Origin: a virus
Direction: 5' to 3' (one strand)
Virus record (IMG/VR): IMGVR_UViG_3300043449_000866
Coordinates: 1 to 33,620 of that record
Length of the DNA: 33,620 nt
A program made the position numbers and the translations under genes. The notes beneath the pieces were generated by a model, which searched no databases, was not told where the DNA came from, and saw only the letters and a list, made by a program, of their open reading frames with translations. This document shows, piece after piece, positions 31,555-33,620 of this stretch (the stretch's first letter is position 1; every line of letters starts with the position of its first letter).

Positions 31555-31794
31555 ATGACCCGCCCGCCCAAAGTGGATACAGTGCAATTCAGACGCAAGC
31601 TGGATAACCCAAAGCTGCAGATACTATTGTCAGCTGGTGAAGGGAATATTAGCCACGGGTTCGAAAACCTATTAGCCTTGTACCAGTACTTGCATGGTAT
31701 CGGATATAGAACCGATAGCCCACTAGAGACAATAGGGTTAGTAACTAACCTAGACGAAAAGAAAAGGGATAGCCCTTGCCATGTCAATCAATAG
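31555..31794 (+). CDS. Possible ribbon-helix-helix-like DNA-binding protein (79 aa)
   Basis: N-terminal MTRPPKVDTVQFRRKLDNPKLQILLSAGEGNISHGFENLLALY resembles RHH regulators. The SD is weak and the ORF itself contains palindromes and repeat motifs, so it may not be coding. Confidence 0.35.
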   Translation: MTRPPKVDTVQFRRKLDNPKLQILLSAGEGNISHGFENLLALYQYLHGIGYRTDSPLETIGLVTNLDEKKRDSPCHVNQ

Positions 31795-32105
31795 GGTAAA
31801 CACTAAGGGATAGATAGAGTAGACGGATAGACGGGAATAATTCAAGTACATCAAAAAAGGTGCATCCACTACTTACACCTGCATGAAACGTTAATGAGAA
31901 TCATTCGCATCTAGCTGCTTACCTGGTTATTTGTACAGTAGGGAAAACCCTGATCTGTATGCATAGCCAGTACTGTATAAAAAGACATGAGGGTAAACCC
32001 TAGGTGTGTGGTTGTATGGGGGGGAGGGGGTAGGTTGGGTTGTGAGATATTTGTGGTACACCCCACCCTCAGAAAAAGCTAAATTGACAATTCCAAGGAG
32101 AACCA
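31795..32105. promoter_or_regulatory. Repeat-rich non-coding leader upstream of the terminase genes (candidate late control and/or packaging-recognition region)
   Basis: 311 bp without a credible ORF. Contains TAGACGG x2, ATAGATAGAGTA, two AGGG-N4-CCCT palindromes and a G-rich tract at 32018-32039. Confidence 0.45.
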
Positions 32106-32474
32106 ATGGAACAATTGAAAAGAGGAAGAGGAAGACCAAAGGGGTCAGTCAAGATGACCATACAGAGGTTTGCTGACAATCCGCCTCTTGTACTACCTAA
32201 GACAGACCATCAACGTCTCAAGGAGCTTAAGGAGCTGATGATCAGGAGTGGTGGTAAGGATGTGGCTCAGAAGGTTATTGAGATAGCCCTTAATGATGAC
32301 CATCCACACCAGTTGGTAGCACTAAAGATGTGTCTTGATAGGACTCTACCTGTTTCTTTGTTTGAAAAGGATAAGAGTCAGAGAAGTGCCGTAACCATCA
32401 ATATCACTGGTTTGGGACAAGAACCGACCATAATTGATGAACAACCTGAAGACGTAGAGGCTAAATATGGCTGA
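32106..32474 (+). CDS. terS: Terminase small subunit (putative)
   Basis: 122 aa, AAGGAG RBS, N-terminal basic RGRGRPKGS DNA-binding-like arm, and a stop overlapping the terL start. Confidence 0.55.
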   Translation: MEQLKRGRGRPKGSVKMTIQRFADNPPLVLPKTDHQRLKELKELMIRSGGKDVAQKVIEIALNDDHPHQLVALKMCLDRTLPVSLFEKDKSQRSAVTINITGLGQEPTIIDEQPEDVEAKYG

Positions 32475-33620
32475 TCTGAACTTCTCTCTGCTTCCTTGGC
32501 AACAAGAGGTATTTAAGGATACGACTAGGTTCAAGGTTGTGGCTGCTGGTCGTAGGTGTGGTAAGTCACGGATGGCGGCAGTTACCCTACTGATTGAAGG
32601 ACTCAAGTGTCCACAAGGCTCTGCAGTTCTTTACGTCTCCCCCACTATGGGGCAGAGTCGTCAAATCATTTGGGATTTATTGCTAGACCTTGGAAGAGAG
32701 GTTATTCAGAGCAGTCATGTGAACAACCTAGACATTACCCTGATAAACGGGGCTAGGATATACGTCCGTGGTGCTGATAGACCAGATACCCTTCGTGGCG
32801 TTAGCTTGACCTATGCCGTTCTAGATGAGGTTGCCGACATTAAGCCCGAGGCATGGGAACAGGTCATCAGGGCCAGTTTGTCTGATAAACGGGGTAGAGC
32901 ACTCTTTATTGGCACTCCAAAGGGTAGAAATTGGTTCTACGATACCTTCAAACTTGGTGAGTCAGAGGATGATCCTGATTGGAAGTCTTGGCACTTTACC
33001 ACTGCTGATAACCCCTTGATTGACCAAAAAGAGATAGATTCCGCTAAAAAGACCCTAAGTTCCTTCGCTTTTAAGCAAGAGTTTATGGCTTCTTTCACCA
33101 ATGCGGGTTCTGACATCTTCAAGGAAGAGTGGATCAAATACGGGGTAGAGCCTAGTTATGGAAGCTACTTCATCGCTGTTGACCTTGCGGGATTCGAGGA
33201 AGTTGCCAAACAAGCCGCTAATTCTAAGAAGCGTCTTGACGAATCTGCTATCTCAATAGTTAAGGTCACAGATGATGGAAAGTGGTTTGTTAAGAAAATT
33301 GAACACGGCAGATGGGACATTCGAGAGACTGCTGCCAAGATTCTGATGGCTATTAGGGACTACCGCCCTTTAAGCGTGGGAATAGAGAGGGGGGCGTTAA
33401 AGAACGCTGTTTTGCCTTATCTGAGTGACCTTATGAGAAAGAACAACACCTTTGCTCATATCGTAGATTTGACTCATGGGAATAGAAAAAAAGCAGACAG
33501 AATCATCTGGGCTTTACAAGGTAGGTTCGAGCATGGCAGAATTGTGTTAAATTCGGAAGAAGATTGGGATGAGTTTGTAGACCAGTTAATCCTGTTCCCT
33601 GCTCAAGGAGTCCATGATGA
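32467..33620 (+). CDS. terL: Terminase large subunit, N-terminal part (ATPase domain and most of the nuclease domain); runs off the window end and continues at base 128
   Basis: ATG at 32467 overlaps the stop of the upstream ORF (ATGGCTGA). I translated the frame by hand with no stop up to 33620. Walker A-like VVAAGRRCGKS, Walker B-like LTYAVLDEV, and nuclease-domain FIAVDLAG. The track omits it because no stop lies inside the window. Confidence 0.9.
   Translation, partial: MADLNFSLLPWQQEVFKDTTRFKVVAAGRRCGKSRMAAVTLLIEGLKCPQGSAVLYVSPTMGQSRQIIWDLLLDLGREVIQSSHVNNLDITLINGARIYVRGADRPDTLRGVSLTYAVLDEVADIKPEAWEQVIRASLSDKRGRALFIGTPKGRNWFYDTFKLGESEDDPDWKSWHFTTADNPLIDQKEIDSAKKTLSSFAFKQEFMASFTNAGSDIFKEEWIKYGVEPSYGSYFIAVDLAGFEEVAKQAANSKKRLDESAISIVKVTDDGKWFVKKIEHGRWDIRETAAKILMAIRDYRPLSVGIERGALKNAVLPYLSDLMRKNNTFAHIVDLTHGNRKKADRIIWALQGRFEHGRIVLNSEEDWDEFVDQLILFPAQGVHD
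33494..33620. repeat. Terminal direct repeat copy 2, identical to 1-127
   Basis: Same 127-nt string as the window start. Position p at the left end equals p+33493. Confidence 0.95.

Noticed and set aside
32083-32088. Perfect TTGACA hexamer upstream of the small terminase gene as a late promoter -35 element
   Set aside because: It lies only 17 nt before the ATG at 32106. Any -10 element would overlap the RBS or start codon, so it cannot drive this gene as a normal promoter.
1-33620. Searched by eye for integrase/attachment sites, a CI-like repressor, tRNA genes, CRISPR arrays, a reverse transcriptase or DGR associated with the fibre repeats, and tape-measure or tail-tube genes
   Set aside because: None were recognised. 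The non-coding gaps (24309-24694, 29550-29699, 31420-32105) contain no cloverleaf-compatible tRNA signature and no regularly spaced repeats. The fibre repeats have no template-repeat or RT partner. This absence rests on visual inspection only.

Overview
The window is a complete, circularly closed tailed-phage genome. Bases 1-127 and 33494-33620 are identical, so the unique length is 33,493 bp and the large terminase gene runs across the junction.

**Layout**
- 32106 -> 21493 through the junction (+): small and large terminase, portal, scaffold, major capsid, a run of small basic proteins, an endonuclease VII, adaptor/nozzle-like proteins, a repeat-rich tail fibre with an S74 chaperone domain, three large putative internal virion proteins and a lysis cassette (two holin-like proteins and a GH24 endolysin).
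- 23635 -> 21479 (-): Rad52/Sak-type annealing protein, a short SSB-like protein, a winged-helix protein and several micro-ORFs.
- 23758 -> 29549 (+): winged-helix protein, a DpdA-like / small QueF-like / YhhQ-like trio that points to 7-deazaguanine DNA modification by precursor salvage, RusA, tandem small paralogs, a Ref-like nuclease and an HNH protein.
- 31419 -> 29700 (-): a compositionally distinct five-gene cassette with its own RBS signature and terminator.
- 31420-32105: a repeat-rich regulatory region upstream of the terminase genes.

I saw no tape-measure, sheath or tail-tube genes, so a podovirus-like virion is inferred. I also recognised no DNA polymerase, primase, helicase, integrase, tRNA or CRISPR array.

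**Most unusual observation:** the large terminase carries a 296-codon intein. An HNH homing-endonuclease gene with its own Shine-Dalgarno site sits inside that intein in a different reading frame, while the intein frame stays open across it.

All functional calls come from motif recognition by eye. No database search was run.
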